Made by a program: the position numbers and the translations under genes. Shown in pieces: positions 9,017 through 18,598 of a stretch of DNA of 64,000 nucleotides. The number at the start of each line of letters is the position of its first letter. Within the stretch, counting starts at the first letter, position 1. The stretch comes from an uncultured virus (IMG/VR IMGVR_UViG_3300041964_000150) (lineage: Duplodnaviria > Heunggongvirae > Uroviricota > Caudoviricetes). The stretch lies in IMG/VR virus record IMGVR_UViG_3300041964_000150. One strand, written 5' to 3'. The notes under the pieces were generated by a model that had not been told where the DNA came from, did not search any database, and was given only the letters and a program-made list of their open reading frames with translations.

Positions 9017-9448
9017 TTACTTGGCGGTCGCTTTCTTGGTGCGGCTACGCTTAGGCGCAGTTGTACCAGCTTCAGCAGCAGCTTTGCTGGCTCGCGTGGT
9101 CTTAGGCTTGGCGGTCTTTGCCTTGGTGGTCTTTGCCTTGGCTGTGGGTGCAGGCAGCGTCTTGCCTTTGGCCGCAGTGGTGCGCTTACCCTTGGCTGCG
9201 GGTGCGGCAGCGGGTGCGGCAGGTGCGGCAGCGGGTGCGCCTTTCGATGTGCGCTTCGCGCGTCCGGCAGCACTGGCCGAGATTGTCCGGGCTGTGGCCG
9301 CTTCCATGCGGGCTTCAGCTTCTTTGATTGCCTTCTTGTCGCCACTGGCGCGAGCCTTTTTGAGGTTTGCGTTTGCGGTGGACTGGCCGCCGTTGCCCTG
9401 CTGCATTACAACGATCGTTTGCTCAGGATCATTAACGTTGATGTTCAT
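9017..9448 (-). CDS. Lys/Ala-rich histone H1-like protein with a short non-basic N-terminal peptide
   Basis: K/A/P/T-rich composition; GGAG RBS. Confidence 0.7.
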   Translation of the reverse strand: MNINVNDPEQTIVVMQQGNGGQSTANANLKKARASGDKKAIKEAEARMEAATARTISASAAGRAKRTSKGAPAAAPAAPAAAPAAKGKRTTAAKGKTLPAPTAKAKTTKAKTAKPKTTRASKAAAEAGTTAPKRSRTKKATAK

Positions 9449-9736
9449 TACATTGCTCCAAGTGATAAGGACTGTAGCGAACCTCTCGAACCTCTAGGGA
9501 TCTCACTTGGGTTGCTGGCATTAGTGTACCCAAAATTTATATCTAGGGCTGCGTACTTTAATTCAAACTTGCGAATTAAAATATTCGGTCTGAAATTTTA
9601 TCGGTTCTCTACACTCTGTACAAGGCTCTATAAGGCTCGATCGAGAATTTGGCTACATCCCCACACAAAAATAGAAACACCCCTACAACGGCCACTACAG
9701 GCGATTCTAGGGGATGTTTTTAGGGTGGGGAGGTTT

Positions 9737-10969
9737 CTACCACATATCCCACTGAACGGCACGATCGGGGCATCCATCAGGACGGAATAACAGGATATAT
9801 CGCCCGTTGCTATCGAGAATCGGATCGTATTGTTTGGCTTCGTTGTCCCAGTTGCCTGCGATCGCGAAGCAGTTGATATGGCAGGGGTGAAACGCCATAT
9901 CGTCATCTTCCCAAATCAGGGTAAGCAGCGTTTCGTAGCTCATGTTCTGAGGGATCTTCTGGGTTCGCTCACCCTTCCAGAAGTGCTGATATTGCACAGC
10001 AGCGATATGGTTGCGCAGGGCAAATGTGCCCGCTGGCAGGTTGGCGTAAAGTAGTCGCGCCATGTTTCAAAGTAGATCGGGTCGTTCTCACCCAAGCGCG
10101 TGTCATAGCACCAGTTCACGAAGTCCTGAGCGACTGGGAAAGTGTTTTCGTAGACCTGTTTATAGGGGCGAAAGTAGTCGGTGCGCTCGCGCTGTCCAGG
10201 CGTCGTAAACCTCCATACCGTGAGACTCTGCGGCGTAGCGCGTCTTCAAGTATGCTTCCCGCATCGTTGGATCTTTACGAAAGCGGCGAGCTTTGTTCAA
10301 GACCGCTTCACCGATCGCCGCTTTCTCGCGATCGCTCATTGCAGCGATCTGACGGTTGGACAGGTGCAACGGCTGCACCCAAACCCCTTCGACGCCAATG
10401 GTTTCCAGCGTCTTACAGAGTTCGGTCGGATCGCCAACCCACTCATCAACGCAGGGATTGATCCCAACACAGACCCGATGGCCGAGCGATCGCGCGTGTT
10501 CGATGAACCGGAAGCGCTCTTGTGCTGAGGGTGCGCCTGGTTCAACCCGCTGCAACACTTCTTCGTTCATGGTTGCGATCGAAATATAGAAGACGATCGG
10601 CGGCATGAACTTCATTGCTTCATAGCCCGCTTTGCCGCACTTGGTTTGAATCGAGTAGGGCAAGCCTAATTCAGTCATTGCTTCGAGAATTGGCAGGGCG
10701 ATCGCCTCGTTGCTCGATGCAAACGGGTCAACGTGATTACTAATTACGGTCGGATAGCCAGCGTGCAGCAGTCGCGCTGCATAGGTCGATTTTTCCTGAT
10801 GGTGTGCCAGCATCCCCATGATTTGAGGAGTGTTCGCCGCGCGGTTGGGGCTGTTCAGGTTGGCAAAACAGTAACTACAGCCCATGCTGCACCAGTTCAT
10901 CGACATTTCGAGGGGAAGGCAGCCGTTACCAAATAGGCCACCCCAATAAACGCTTAAACTCTCGCTCAT
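9737..10969 (-). CDS. Radical SAM protein (two apparent frameshifts near 10198 and 10050)
   Basis: CSMGCSYC (CxxxCxxC), DPF, IQTK, EPGAPS..ERF, spore-photoproduct-lyase-like; continues via GQRERTDYF...FVNWC into the 9737-10063 frame. Confidence 0.9.
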
Positions 10970-10980
10970 GATCTGTACTC

Positions 10981-11859
10981 CTATGGTTTTGGCTTCGATC
11001 GGGTGGTCGCTGCTTTTCTGAGCTGCGCCATCGACGGACGTTTGTAAGTTGGCGCTGCTGCCGCGCGATCGAGAATGCTGCCAGCCGATCGAACTCTGCC
11101 CGGATTAGGTTCAGCAGGGGCGGCAGGGGCGGCAGGTGGTGCTTTCTGCTTTGGTGCAGGCTGACGATAGGGCGGATGATTCGCTCGCGAGTCGAGTTCA
11201 AGCCGCAGGTTCTCGCGAAATTCTTCTAAGCCGAATTGGACATTAGCGCGAGGGATTTTGCCCGCTGCCAGTGCATTGCTGAGCTTGTCCGGTTCATCCC
11301 ATTTCGACTGAACATTAGCAGGCGATCGTCGGTTGATGTGGAAGTGAACTACATCAGCCAGTGAATAGCCCTCATTCAGACCAATGCCCACAGGCGTATC
11401 GCCGTTGCTCCATCGATAGGGGCTTGGCTTGGTATAAGACGGAGCTTTTTGCTGGCGTCCCTGCACGGCCAGGGCGAGCAGATCATCGTCGCTAGCCTTG
11501 AGCAGTTTTTCGATTCCAGCGATCGATCGCTCTTTTGCGTTGTCAGCGGGTCTACCGTGATCGGTGCCTTCTGCCAGCTTGCCCCACCCCTTCGGATGCG
11601 CCAATCGCTCGGTATAAGCTGCGGCAGTTGTTTTTGATTTTGAGGTTGATTTTGCCTTTGTCTGCTTACCTTTCGATTTAGCGGGCTGCGGTGTGGCGAT
11701 CGGGGTTTCGGGTTGCTTCGCTGCAACCTGCTGATCTTTGGGCATGAACTGCCCTGCTTTCCCCGGTGGTCCAACGTGACCTTTGGGATAGCGTGGATGT
11801 GCCTCAGCTTCAAATTTGCGTGAAGAAGCCAGCTTTTTAAGCGCTTTGGATTTGCTCAC
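10981..11859 (-). CDS. Basic phage protein with N-terminal HPR...G.F motif
   Basis: FEAEAHPRYPKGH..GKAGQF; GTG start overlaps the upstream stop. Confidence 0.65.
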   Translation of the reverse strand: MSKSKALKKLASSRKFEAEAHPRYPKGHVGPPGKAGQFMPKDQQVAAKQPETPIATPQPAKSKGKQTKAKSTSKSKTTAAAYTERLAHPKGWGKLAEGTDHGRPADNAKERSIAGIEKLLKASDDDLLALAVQGRQQKAPSYTKPSPYRWSNGDTPVGIGLNEGYSLADVVHFHINRRSPANVQSKWDEPDKLSNALAAGKIPRANVQFGLEEFRENLRLELDSRANHPPYRQPAPKQKAPPAAPAAPAEPNPGRVRSAGSILDRAAAAPTYKRPSMAQLRKAATTRSKPKP

Positions 11860-12755
11860 GATTCTGCCTCATCCTGAAACGCTGCATGATGCTTCAAAGT
11901 GGCCTGATCGCTGGTAATGCCGATTTTCTGCTTCCATGCCTCAAGTTGCTCCCAGCGTCGGTGACTCAAGATCACGCAGATAGGAAACTGAGTCTGTTGC
12001 TTTCTGTCGGGCGCGTCGGCATTGAACTGCGCCCCACCTTCAGTAACTTCTGGTTCAGGATCATCGTCGATCGCGTCGTCGTCCTCATCCTCTGCCCCTA
12101 GAACATCTTCATCCTCATCTTCTTCGTCGCGTGCCTCGAAACTCATCATCACTGCTTCAACCTGCTCGATCGCTTCCTGATGTTCAGCAGCAGCGGCCTG
12201 AGCTTCGGGAGTTGCAGCAGCAGCACTCACCCGCTCAGTGAATCGGCTCAAGAATGCGGCTCGCTGTTCTGGGTCCGGCATCGCCACTTCTTGAGCAGCG
12301 GGCTTGAGTCTGCTGAGAATCGCTGCCTTCATGCCTTCGTTGATGACGCCGCGAGCCTCTGTATTGTTGAGGCGCACCATTGCCGCCTTGTGTAGGGGTT
12401 CATCCAGTTCTGAGGGCATAACCGGAACCTTCAGCCAGTAGCCAGAGGTGAAACGCTCTTTAACCGCTGGTTTAGGGTTCGGCTCGATCGCCTGATACGC
12501 AGCCCATTCAGCCGCAAACCAACCTTTATTCTGCTGCATCAGCCATTCAGCCGCTAAAACGCGCCCATGACCCCCGATCAGCTTGCCGTTGCTGGTGTTG
12601 TAGCTGGGCAGCTCGCACCATCCGGCATAGAGAATCGATCGCGCCGTCTTGATCACATCGCCATCCGGCTCAAGCGAGTGAATGCGGGCATTTTCCGCAT
12701 GGAACGAGGTCAACAGTTCAGCCGTTGACTTGACCAGAATTTCTGTTTTAGGCAT
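11856..12755 (-). CDS. ParB/Srx N-terminal-domain-like protein with acidic linker
   Basis: ENARIH...SILYAGW...KLIGGHGRVLAA. Confidence 0.75.
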   Translation of the reverse strand: MPKTEILVKSTAELLTSFHAENARIHSLEPDGDVIKTARSILYAGWCELPSYNTSNGKLIGGHGRVLAAEWLMQQNKGWFAAEWAAYQAIEPNPKPAVKERFTSGYWLKVPVMPSELDEPLHKAAMVRLNNTEARGVINEGMKAAILSRLKPAAQEVAMPDPEQRAAFLSRFTERVSAAAATPEAQAAAAEHQEAIEQVEAVMMSFEARDEEDEDEDVLGAEDEDDDAIDDDPEPEVTEGGAQFNADAPDRKQQTQFPICVILSHRRWEQLEAWKQKIGITSDQATLKHHAAFQDEAES

Positions 12756-13620
12756 CGATCGCCTCCTCTGCAAAGGCCGGATGTCCGGTTACATACGCAT
12801 CAGTATCTTTGGTGATGTCGCGGCCACGCTTCCATTTATTCCAACGCTTCCACTCTGACCAGGGCACAGCGAGCGCGAGCGAATGCACGGGTGGGGGAGC
12901 TTTGGGCGCAGCAGGTGCCCGTTCCTCTTCCTCCTCATATTCATCCTCATCCTCTGGCTGCCAGGTCGCCTCGTCGTCGTCCTGATATTCGCGAACATCG
13001 CCGCTGGCATAGTCGGCAGTATCGGGGTCGGGTGCGTCCTGCACTCGATAATCGATCGCGTCCGATCGCTCAAACCGCTGTTTGTCTTGAAACTCGGTTT
13101 CTGGCTCGCTGGCAGCAGTAGGGGCAGTTGGTTGAGGTTTCGCCGCTTCTTTGCCAGTTGCCAGCGCTCGCAGTCGATCGCCCAGTCCGGCCAGCAGCGA
13201 TCGCAGTTTTTCGGGGTCGTCTTTGCCCTGTGCCTCTGTATCGTTGAGGCGCAACAGCATCGCGTTGTGTTCTTCGTCGTTGAGGTCTACTCGCAGCGTC
13301 AGGCACTCGCCCCAATATTCGGGAGTAAACCGGACCAGGGCGGCAGCATCGTCGCCATGCACCGATCGCCACAGTGAGGCACGATGCTCGAACCAGGCGA
13401 TCGCCTGATTGCCCAGCCATTCAGCCGCGAGAACACGATGATGCCCTCCTACTAGAAGGTTGTTGCGCAGGTTCAGGGTAATGGGTTCAATCCAGCCGCA
13501 CTCAAGCAGCGAGATAGCGAGGCTGGGAACGTCAGGGTGAACGTTGGGGTTGAGGGGATGGAAGGCCGCTTTTAGTCCAGCGGTGGGCATCCAACCGACA
13601 TCGGCTTTAGAGATAGCCAT
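12748..13620 (-). CDS. ParB/Srx N-terminal-domain-like protein (paralogue)
   Basis: HPLNPNVH...SLLECGWIEPI...LVGGHHRVLAA; start placed at MAISK. Confidence 0.75.
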   Translation of the reverse strand: MAISKADVGWMPTAGLKAAFHPLNPNVHPDVPSLAISLLECGWIEPITLNLRNNLLVGGHHRVLAAEWLGNQAIAWFEHRASLWRSVHGDDAAALVRFTPEYWGECLTLRVDLNDEEHNAMLLRLNDTEAQGKDDPEKLRSLLAGLGDRLRALATGKEAAKPQPTAPTAASEPETEFQDKQRFERSDAIDYRVQDAPDPDTADYASGDVREYQDDDEATWQPEDEDEYEEEEERAPAAPKAPPPVHSLALAVPWSEWKRWNKWKRGRDITKDTDAYVTGHPAFAEEAIDA

Positions 13621-13700
13621 GCGATCGATCGGGAAAATGGGGGACGCGCTTAGAATGCCCAGCAAACCCTTTATAGTCGAGAATTCTGGCAGTTTGCGCC

Positions 13701-13976
13701 CTAATTGGTTTGAAGCCCGATCGCCCCTACGTCCTGCATTGCAAGTGATGCGCAGGTTAGGCGAAGTCTCTCCGCCTCGTCAGCCCAAATCTTCCAAACT
13801 TCAGACACGGTAATCAGGCGATCGATTCTCCGCTCGATCGCCTCAATCTCCCCAAATAATCGCTGAATTGCGCTTTCCCTCTTATCGTTATCAAGTTGCC
13901 GCCTTAGCCAGAGGTATTCACCACCGCTTATATACCACTGCGCCAACTCTTGTTTAAGCCGATCGTCATCCTGCAT
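13701..13976 (-). CDS. Hypothetical protein
   Basis: ORF with GAGGA RBS. Confidence 0.55.
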   Translation of the reverse strand: MQDDDRLKQELAQWYISGGEYLWLRRQLDNDKRESAIQRLFGEIEAIERRIDRLITVSEVWKIWADEAERLRLTCASLAMQDVGAIGLQTN

Positions 13977-14035
13977 TAATCATCCTCAGAAAATTCATCA
14001 CGATCGCGAAGTCGCCTGAGAATACTTCGATCGAT

Positions 14036-14077
14036 AAAACAAATCCCTCAAGCCAAGCGGTTTGAGGGATTTGTTTT
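14036..14077. terminator. Intrinsic terminator hairpin
   Basis: AAAACAAATCCCTCAAGCC-AAGC-GGTTTGAGGGATTTGTTTT. Confidence 0.8.
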
Positions 14078-14212
14078 GAACCCTTAGATTGTCCATCCGC
14101 AGAGTAACGACCCAAAGCCTGAGAAACTTACCGTTACACTGCGTAGCAGATATTCGATCGAACAACTTTCTAGATTATGCCTGACAAACATCCCTTTGGC
14201 TGCACTACTTTA

Positions 14213-14920
14213 TCAATCATCCTCATCGGCCATTAACTCAGCCATTGGCCGCACAGCTTGCAGCAGGGCATTAATTTCTTCAACGGGCAAGCCCGCTTCA
14301 AGCTTCAATTCCTGAATCGCAGCGATGCCCAGCTCGCGCACAGTGCGATCGCCCGTGACTCTCAGCGCCATTCGTAGAAAATTCATCACGATCGCGAGCT
14401 GCCGCTGAATGTCGCCCATGCGATCGAGGTGCATCGCAGCATTGGCAAGGTTCACTGTGCTATTGAAGCAGGCAGCGAGGCGACCAATATCAAAGCCAGC
14501 TAGCCGCAGCTTCAGATCTTCAACAAACTCAGGGCTGAGCTGTCCTTCTTCCGCCAGCATCTCAGCCGCCTGCATCAGCGTATCCGATTCTTTGTCAAGC
14601 CTGATATCGCCTTCGATAATGCCCAGCAGCTTCGCCTGCACCAGCGCGAAGTTAGCACGAAGGATGTCGCCTGGTGCGTGCTGCTCGATCGCCTGATAGC
14701 GGGCAAGAGATGCGCCCGTGAGAACCTTGCCATACAGACCATGCTTCATTGCGGCCTGATTGCCAGGGCGAGCCTTTTCAACCTGTTTTGGTGGGGTCAG
14801 GTGCGCGTGCGATCGACAGTAACCCGATCCAAGGTGATCGGTGCCTGCGCCCTTCGCCTGACAGCAGGGCTTTTTGTTCTTGGTGGCTGCACCGCAATGC
14901 TTTTTCTTGTCGAACTTCAC
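14213..14920 (-). CDS. Terminase small subunit-like protein
   Basis: CGA.TK..KPC...GTDHLGSGYCRSH and PGNQAAMKHGLY motifs typical of phage TerS. Confidence 0.7.
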   Translation of the reverse strand: MKFDKKKHCGAATKNKKPCCQAKGAGTDHLGSGYCRSHAHLTPPKQVEKARPGNQAAMKHGLYGKVLTGASLARYQAIEQHAPGDILRANFALVQAKLLGIIEGDIRLDKESDTLMQAAEMLAEEGQLSPEFVEDLKLRLAGFDIGRLAACFNSTVNLANAAMHLDRMGDIQRQLAIVMNFLRMALRVTGDRTVRELGIAAIQELKLEAGLPVEEINALLQAVRPMAELMADEDD

Positions 14921-14941
14921 GGGGGGTTCAGCACAGTGTTT

Positions 14942-15562
14942 TCACAGAGGCGATCGCCCGTTTCGCTTGCCTGGTGGCAATTTCAGGCGATCGATGCCCA
15001 ATGCCGTGCGTTTCGGCTGACCGGGGGGGTGTTCCTCCTCTATATCATTCCCTCCCTTGGCGAGATCGACGTATTTCCGCTCGATCGCCCGCAGCCAGAA
15101 CAGTTGCGCTGACAAGCCTTTGAACAAAAACCAGCGATTCGTTACTTCTTGCAATTGGTACTGCAAGAAAGCTCCGAGGCGTTTTGCAACCGTCGAAGCG
15201 CTGTAAAGAGTGCCGGAGAGGTTGAGACTAACCGACAGAATGCTGCGATATTCCCCTTCGGAGAGTCGATAGCTAAGACAAACTCTATGGGTAAACGGGG
15301 GGGAGAGCAGCGATCGCCATGCTTCAACCCGTTCTCGATCGTCTGCTGACCACGTTGCATAGGGCTTCGTGGGCACAAGGTATCGCTGTACGGTGCCAAC
15401 TGCATCGCAATCGCTTCCCGGATCGCTTCCACATCCACCGCAAATAATGCGGTAATGCGATCGCTCGATGAGGACGTGGCCGCCGCTCCATTCGTAGTCA
15501 GGTTCGATTCGTGGACTGATCGGGCGGCGTAAGTGCCTGGTAATTCGCTCATAGAGGTTCAC
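14942..15562 (-). CDS. Hypothetical protein
   Basis: 206-aa ORF coupled to the upstream gene (ATGA overlap). Confidence 0.6.
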   Translation of the reverse strand: MNLYERITRHLRRPISPRIEPDYEWSGGHVLIERSHYRIICGGCGSDPGSDCDAVGTVQRYLVPTKPYATWSADDRERVEAWRSLLSPPFTHRVCLSYRLSEGEYRSILSVSLNLSGTLYSASTVAKRLGAFLQYQLQEVTNRWFLFKGLSAQLFWLRAIERKYVDLAKGGNDIEEEHPPGQPKRTALGIDRLKLPPGKRNGRSPL

Positions 15563-15861
15563 TGGCTCGGTGGCTTTAGTAGCGTAGCGTATGCGTTTAG
15601 TCTTGCTGTTGGTGACATACGAACGATCGCGCTACCGAAACCCATCGCACCCATCCAGGCTAGTGCCTCGATCGGTTTGAAATCAGCCTGAACCGATCGG
15701 CGTGTGGCCGGAACCAGGACCACAACCGCGACCAGGCAGTGCAGCGCAATTTCGATCGGATCGATTTTGTGGCCGAACAGTTTGAGCGGATGTGATGCAG
15801 GCTGGCTGCGATTCGGGCAGTCAGCAGGGCAAGAATGGGGCGGCAGGGGGGTGGGGGTCAT
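15559..15861 (-). CDS. Small membrane protein (possible holin)
   Basis: Two hydrophobic segments; located after tail genes. Confidence 0.45.
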   Translation of the reverse strand: MTPTPLPPHSCPADCPNRSQPASHPLKLFGHKIDPIEIALHCLVAVVVLVPATRRSVQADFKPIEALAWMGAMGFGSAIVRMSPTARLNAYATLLKPPSQ

Positions 15862-15916
15862 CTGTAGGTACTACAGCGCAATAACCTCAGATTGCCCAAA
15901 ACCCAGGAATACAGGG

Positions 15917-17242
15917 CTAACTACGGCTTTTCAGCGACATAATTCGCAGTCGCGGATAGGCGCGAGTGGGATGCAGTAGCAAGTCGGTTGAAGAGTAAAC
16001 AACCCCTTCAGCCGACCCAGAGATCTGCTGCTCGATCGCCGCTGTTGCGTCTGGACTGGTTAGCTCCAATTCTGCGGCGTTGATCCGAAATGGCGATCGC
16101 GCAATCGGCGTAGTCGTCAGGGTGATGTTGTCTTGCCAGTTGCCTTGAAATGTGGCGCGAAAAGTTTCGTATTGGCCGCCCAGCAAAGCCAGTAACGGCT
16201 GCTCGAAGTTGGCGTAACGGGTCGAGGTGGGAAAGCGCAGGTAGGTGTTACCAAAGAAGGTGAAGGGCGATCGAGCGATCGGCAGAACGCCGACTAAAAC
16301 ACCTCTCTGTGGTGCGATGAACTGCATCAACCGCTGAATGGTCTTACCGCGATTCAGTTCATCGCCTGCTGGCTGCTCCAGGTTGGGAATGCCGCTAGGA
16401 AGACTGCCGTAGCTGGCGGGTGGATCAAAGTAGGGTTTACCCGTAATAGCGCTTCCACCCACAAACCGCAGGCGCGGCGGCAGTTGACTGGCATAGGCTT
16501 GGAAGCTGGCCGGATAGGAGATATCAAGAATTGGCGATCGCGCAGGTGGACTCTGCCAATACTCGCCAAACTCCGACTCTTGATAGAGCAGTAGATTTTC
16601 ACTCGCGATCAGCTGATCGCGAGCATCAAGCAGCAAGCACTGCATCTTGATTCTTGCCTGCACCCCTACATTGTTGCCAGCTCCATCGACATTAGGGAAC
16701 ACTTCGGCAATCGCTTCGAGGTAGGGGAATAGCACAACCTTGAGCCGACCGACCGGAAACAAATAGCCGTCATAATCCGATAGATACTCAGGCGGCGAGT
16801 GAGTCATCGAAAAGATTTCTCGCGCGGCATAGCGATCGGTTTTTGCCCACAGCACGATCGTCGTTTTAGCTCTCGGAGTCTCAGGGGTTGAGCCTGGTAA
16901 TGGCTCTATACTCCAGTTCAGAAACAGCGCTGAATAGGTTGTCTGATCTGGTTCTTGCAGTCGTTGCCGTCTGTTCTGAGTCACGGTTTGACGGGTTGGG
17001 GTGGCTTCATTGCCGATCGCATACCACTCACCCGCATCACTCCGCAATACAGCCAGATTATTGCGGCCAGGGGCGACCGTGTTGAGCAGTTCCGCCTGAA
17101 CACTGAAACGATTACCCAGCGGCTCAGAGAGTTGCACAAACACAGACTGACCTACGCGCCCATGCCCACTGCCGATCGCCACTGTGCGATAGCCGTCGAT
17201 CGTGCGTTCCTGTAATGCCTGAAGCTGCCGATGCGTGGTCAT
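15917..17242 (-). CDS. Putative virion/tail protein
   Basis: Long ORF coupled to fibre genes. Confidence 0.55.
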   Translation of the reverse strand: MTTHRQLQALQERTIDGYRTVAIGSGHGRVGQSVFVQLSEPLGNRFSVQAELLNTVAPGRNNLAVLRSDAGEWYAIGNEATPTRQTVTQNRRQRLQEPDQTTYSALFLNWSIEPLPGSTPETPRAKTTIVLWAKTDRYAAREIFSMTHSPPEYLSDYDGYLFPVGRLKVVLFPYLEAIAEVFPNVDGAGNNVGVQARIKMQCLLLDARDQLIASENLLLYQESEFGEYWQSPPARSPILDISYPASFQAYASQLPPRLRFVGGSAITGKPYFDPPASYGSLPSGIPNLEQPAGDELNRGKTIQRLMQFIAPQRGVLVGVLPIARSPFTFFGNTYLRFPTSTRYANFEQPLLALLGGQYETFRATFQGNWQDNITLTTTPIARSPFRINAAELELTSPDATAAIEQQISGSAEGVVYSSTDLLLHPTRAYPRLRIMSLKSRS

Positions 17243-18240
17243 GCCCAGGCCCACCAAAGATAGTCTTGAGCGCTATTGATCGACGAGTGATTGCCAACTT
17301 GAAATCCGTTCGCTTGAAATTCGATCGCTAGACTTCCAGGGGTTGAAATGGTTTCCGAAAAAGTTTGATTCGCAACTAGATAGCGATTGCCACCCCGCAG
17401 CCGATTGAACCAGAACCAATCCCCCGTAGTAATCGATCGCAGCAAAACTAGATTGGGGGTCAATCCGGCGTTGACGATCGGGCCTGGGCTGAGGTTTGTG
17501 CCAGTGTAGCGGCCAGAAGCAAAAACGCCAGGAACAGGGGCAAACAGATAGGCCACATAGTTTCGACTCGATTGAGAAAAGGTTGAACCAACCGAAAATT
17601 GCGTAGTAGTTGGTTGCGTGCTATTCCAGTAAGTTGCGCTTGAAGCGGGAGCTGAAGAGTTAAAAAACAGTGCGTTAGAACTTGCGTTGTCCAGCGAAGC
17701 GCAATATGCGGCCATTGCCCCGCTTAGACTTGTATTCTTCACCCAGATTAGCGTTGGGGCAACGCCTAAATTGTGCGTTAGAACTCGCGTTGAGCCATTA
17801 CCGAGCCAGGTCACGATCGCTGTTCCAGCGCTGGGATCTAGCCTCCAGGCCAGCGAAAGATAATCGAAGTTGTTCGCTCCGTAACTCGGCGTTGAGAAAA
17901 ATGTGTACCCATTCGCATAGGCTTGCAGTTCGGGCGAATCAGTCGTGACTCGATTTATGGTGTTGGACGGATCAATGATCATCGTCCAGTTCTGCGGCTG
18001 ATTGTTGAGGCGATGCGATCGAGCGCTTGAACTAAGGCATTTTGTCCAAACGATGCCAGGGTTAAACCCGGTATTGAGCGCTAGAAAACTGCCTGCACCT
18101 CCATCTGAGGAGTTGCCGCCAAATCCGGCATAGCTGGCGATCGCCAGTGAATTCGACCGCAAGATAGTGGCCGCCGATCGATTGCGAGAATCAATTTTTC
18201 CGGTGCGACGACGCGATCGCCAAAGCAAGATGTCTGACAT
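17239..18240 (-). CDS. Tail fibre/receptor-binding-like protein
   Basis: Two beta-rich repeats (YAGFGG..GFNPGIVWTK; WLGNGSTR..HNLGVAPTLIWVK), Ser/Thr/Asn-rich. Confidence 0.7.
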   Translation of the reverse strand: MSDILLWRSRRRTGKIDSRNRSAATILRSNSLAIASYAGFGGNSSDGGAGSFLALNTGFNPGIVWTKCLSSSARSHRLNNQPQNWTMIIDPSNTINRVTTDSPELQAYANGYTFFSTPSYGANNFDYLSLAWRLDPSAGTAIVTWLGNGSTRVLTHNLGVAPTLIWVKNTSLSGAMAAYCASLDNASSNALFFNSSAPASSATYWNSTQPTTTQFSVGSTFSQSSRNYVAYLFAPVPGVFASGRYTGTNLSPGPIVNAGLTPNLVLLRSITTGDWFWFNRLRGGNRYLVANQTFSETISTPGSLAIEFQANGFQVGNHSSINSAQDYLWWAWA

Positions 18241-18590
18241 TATTCGATCCGGTTAATGTTCGCGCCAACGATCACTTCTCCAGCCACAGACGCGACTGCT
18301 CGCACCGTAATATTTTTCTGGCGTAGTCCACCTTGAAAACCTTGAAAACCTTGGCGCGACGGCAATGCAACTCGCCCTAAGCAAATCAATACATTGGCAG
18401 CGTTGTAATACTGGAAGATCAAATCGGCTTGAGCAAAGTAGTTATTAGCAGCCGATAAAAACAATTCCTCCGGCAGAGTTGGATGCAATGCACAGATCAA
18501 CGTGCCGGGTTGAGTTTCGTCGGTGTGCTGCACGATAATTGGAGCGCCATCAAGTGAACCGCTTGGAAATTGAGCCGAAAGCGTTGCCAT
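18240..18590 (-). CDS. Putative tail-associated protein
   Basis: Coupled ORF within the tail block. Confidence 0.55.
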   Translation of the reverse strand: MATLSAQFPSGSLDGAPIIVQHTDETQPGTLICALHPTLPEELFLSAANNYFAQADLIFQYYNAANVLICLGRVALPSRQGFQGFQGGLRQKNITVRAVASVAGEVIVGANINRIE

Positions 18591-18598
18591 ATCAACCT

